DNA of 64,000 nucleotides from Amphiscolops sp. MND2022 (lineage: Eukaryota), in assembly GCA_964187785.1 (NCBI GenBank), contig OZ076409.1, positions 46,502,001 through 46,566,000 on the forward strand, given 5' to 3'. Shown here piece after piece: positions 61,883 through 64,000 of this stretch. The position numbers were made by a program, and so were the translations under genes. The notes beneath the pieces were generated by a model that worked only from the letters and a program-made list of their open reading frames with translations, was not told the origin of the DNA and did not search any database. Position 1 is the stretch's first letter. The number at the start of each line of letters is the position of its first letter.

Positions 61883-64000
61883 GCAGGTATGGGGTTCCCT
61901 ACTTTCGTTGCAGACCACGGGTGTGTGTCTTCTCCCCCCAACATGATGATACACATGGCAGTTGGTTGATGACGAAGATCATGATATCTGATAGAGATAG
62001 AAAAAAACCATGCACTGTGACGAATCGGACTCCTGCCTGATAAAAACTGTTATATTCAGTTCGCTTTATTTACTTTTGTTTTATTTGTTTGTTTATATTT
62101 CTGGAATATGTGATGAAACATTTGTGATCACTATTAATACCATTTCTCGTTTTTCCATTGGAATCAATGATAGAAAGTCATTTGCACTGCCACATCCTGA
62201 AGGTTAATTGATCTCTTCTTCTTCCATTTGTCAAAGATTGACGTTGAATTCAATTTTTCAGCTTCAGTAATGGTTCTTCGGCGTTCATCGTCCCTGGGTT
62301 CAACTGTCCGCTGGGTAGTTCACTTTCAGTGCATGTGAAGAACTCTATGCACCTGTGGATTTTGAGCAGAATAAATTCAATTTTACCTGTATGTTTTTCG
62401 CATTAGCAGAACGACTGATTCCTCTTTTTAAGATTGCCATGAACTGCTTCTTGCGCAGCGATGATTTCTTAGTTTAAACCAACAATGACCGTGCCAGTGG
62501 ACAACACAAGCCAGAGTGGTTCCTTGTACAACTCAACGGATTGGGTAGAGCTCATTGACCCTCGATCTGAGAGCTCTCGGCTATTTGTCAATTTGACAAC
62601 TGGGAAATCGACTAGCAAGACCCCCGGTTGTGAATATTAGTGAGTTTTCAAACGTTTCATTCACTTTCAACAAACGTATTTATCGTCCTCCGAGAGGGCA
62701 TTGATTATGTAACAACGGCGTTGTTAGTGATAAGTCGAATGATTGGTGAGATTAAATAGTCCATTTGGTCTAATGATAAACGCGTTCGCCTGTATTGAGA
62801 TCAGGGCTTGGCAAAAAAACTAAATCACTACTTTTTCGAGTGTATCCTGCATGAAAAAGTCAGTTGACAATTTCTTTACTCGCACAAAGAGACTCTACAA
62901 TTATCTACGCGTGTCCCTCTTTCTACCGAAAACCTGACAAAACGACGCTGACCGACATATACCACACCTTTCAAAAGAAATACAAACACATGTACATGGT
63001 GACTCCTATGCAGATGTGGAAACTGCAACATCTTTGAAAAACTGCGACTAAATTAAAACTCGGACTGTTCTTCAGCGAAATTGGTTTGAAGAATGCCCTT
63101 GAGTTCAGGATAACGAGATAGCATTGCAAAGGAACTACTACAGCTGATAACTAATAAGTGACCGGTCTCAAGTGAGTGAAACCTCCCAGCTTCGCCGAAA
63201 GTTTCGAGGTTCGATGGTTAGTCATCAAGGAATGAATGTTGTGCGATAGCAGGAAAAATATTAAAATCTTCAACTTTTTTTCAGCTCAATTTTCGTCGTG
63301 ACTTCGAGTACTGATTAATAAATTTGTGCGGCAGTGAGTGGTAAGCGTGAGATTTAAATTTCTCAAGCTGTCGACTACAATTCGTTTCTTGTGCGATGAA
63401 ACGAGCGAGTCGTAATTATGCTTTCGTACGCCGAGTTATTGAAATGAAGCGAACGATTGTTAATTTTTTCGTTCGCCGAGAGCTTCGCCTGCATTCAAAT
63501 GCGAATGCGAAACTTCGTCTACGCTTAGTAGTTATATTTGCTTTAACGGCGAGATTTAAAGGCGGTATAAACTGGTACAGTGATTAATTGTGCGCTAAAT
63601 AATGATGAAACAGGAGTGTATTGGTATTCCAGATATGCTTCTATTATTGAAGATGAAAGCCTAAAAGCAGAATAGTACTGTGCCCCGCAGAGGCCGATTG
63701 TCAAAACTTTTCAAGAATGTTTCCACGGCTGACGACCTGTTGTGTGACCATTCATCTTACCATTCGTTAACACTTTCACATTAGCTTCAAGTTCATGGTT
63801 TTCATATTTAACTGGTAAAAACGTTTGACATTTTGACATCTCAATTACGTTTTTTAACATGTAAAAAGTCAATATGTTGAAATCCTATTATAAAGTTCAA
63901 TGTTGAAACTGAAATAACATCTCAATCCCATGAGAACATTTTTTTATGTGAGGCCCATTGTCGAGAAATACCTCTCTAAACCATGGATTATTCCCCCTTT

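Noticed and set aside
61900..64000. Possible host gene exons at the window end
   Set aside because: Only short ORFs without recognisable domains; cannot be supported without transcript data.

Overview
This is a eukaryotic (animal-like), AT-rich, essentially gene-free repeat region with two 200-N assembly gaps (10932-11131, 34125-34324). From left to right it contains: (i) a ~10.6 kb satellite array whose ~1.08 kb unit is built from six diverged ~180 bp monomers; (ii) decayed CRE-like non-LTR and Ty3/Gypsy relics, one locally amplified as ~1.93 kb tandem units; (iii) an ~8.7 kb candidate DNA transposon (35425-44112), bounded by (TAG)n on both sides, encoding a SET-domain methyltransferase and, in the -1 frame across an A-AAA-AAG run, a repeat/zinc-finger/tyrosine-recombinase protein; (iv) a nearly intact Gypsy element (44131-49382, AGTAT TSD) whose primer-binding site is complementary to its own LTR (self-priming) and which has an SGNH/GDSL esterase ORF in front of gag; (v) a nearly intact BEL/Pao element (49827-61791, GCTGG TSD) that also has a divergent SGNH-like ORF before gag, split by a very young non-coding LTR element. 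The most notable candidates are the SET + tyrosine-recombinase element, the pre-gag SGNH ORFs in two different LTR superfamilies, and the self-priming PBS together with a matching fold-back LTR palindrome at ~11.2 kb. All family assignments come from motif recognition by eye; no searches were run.
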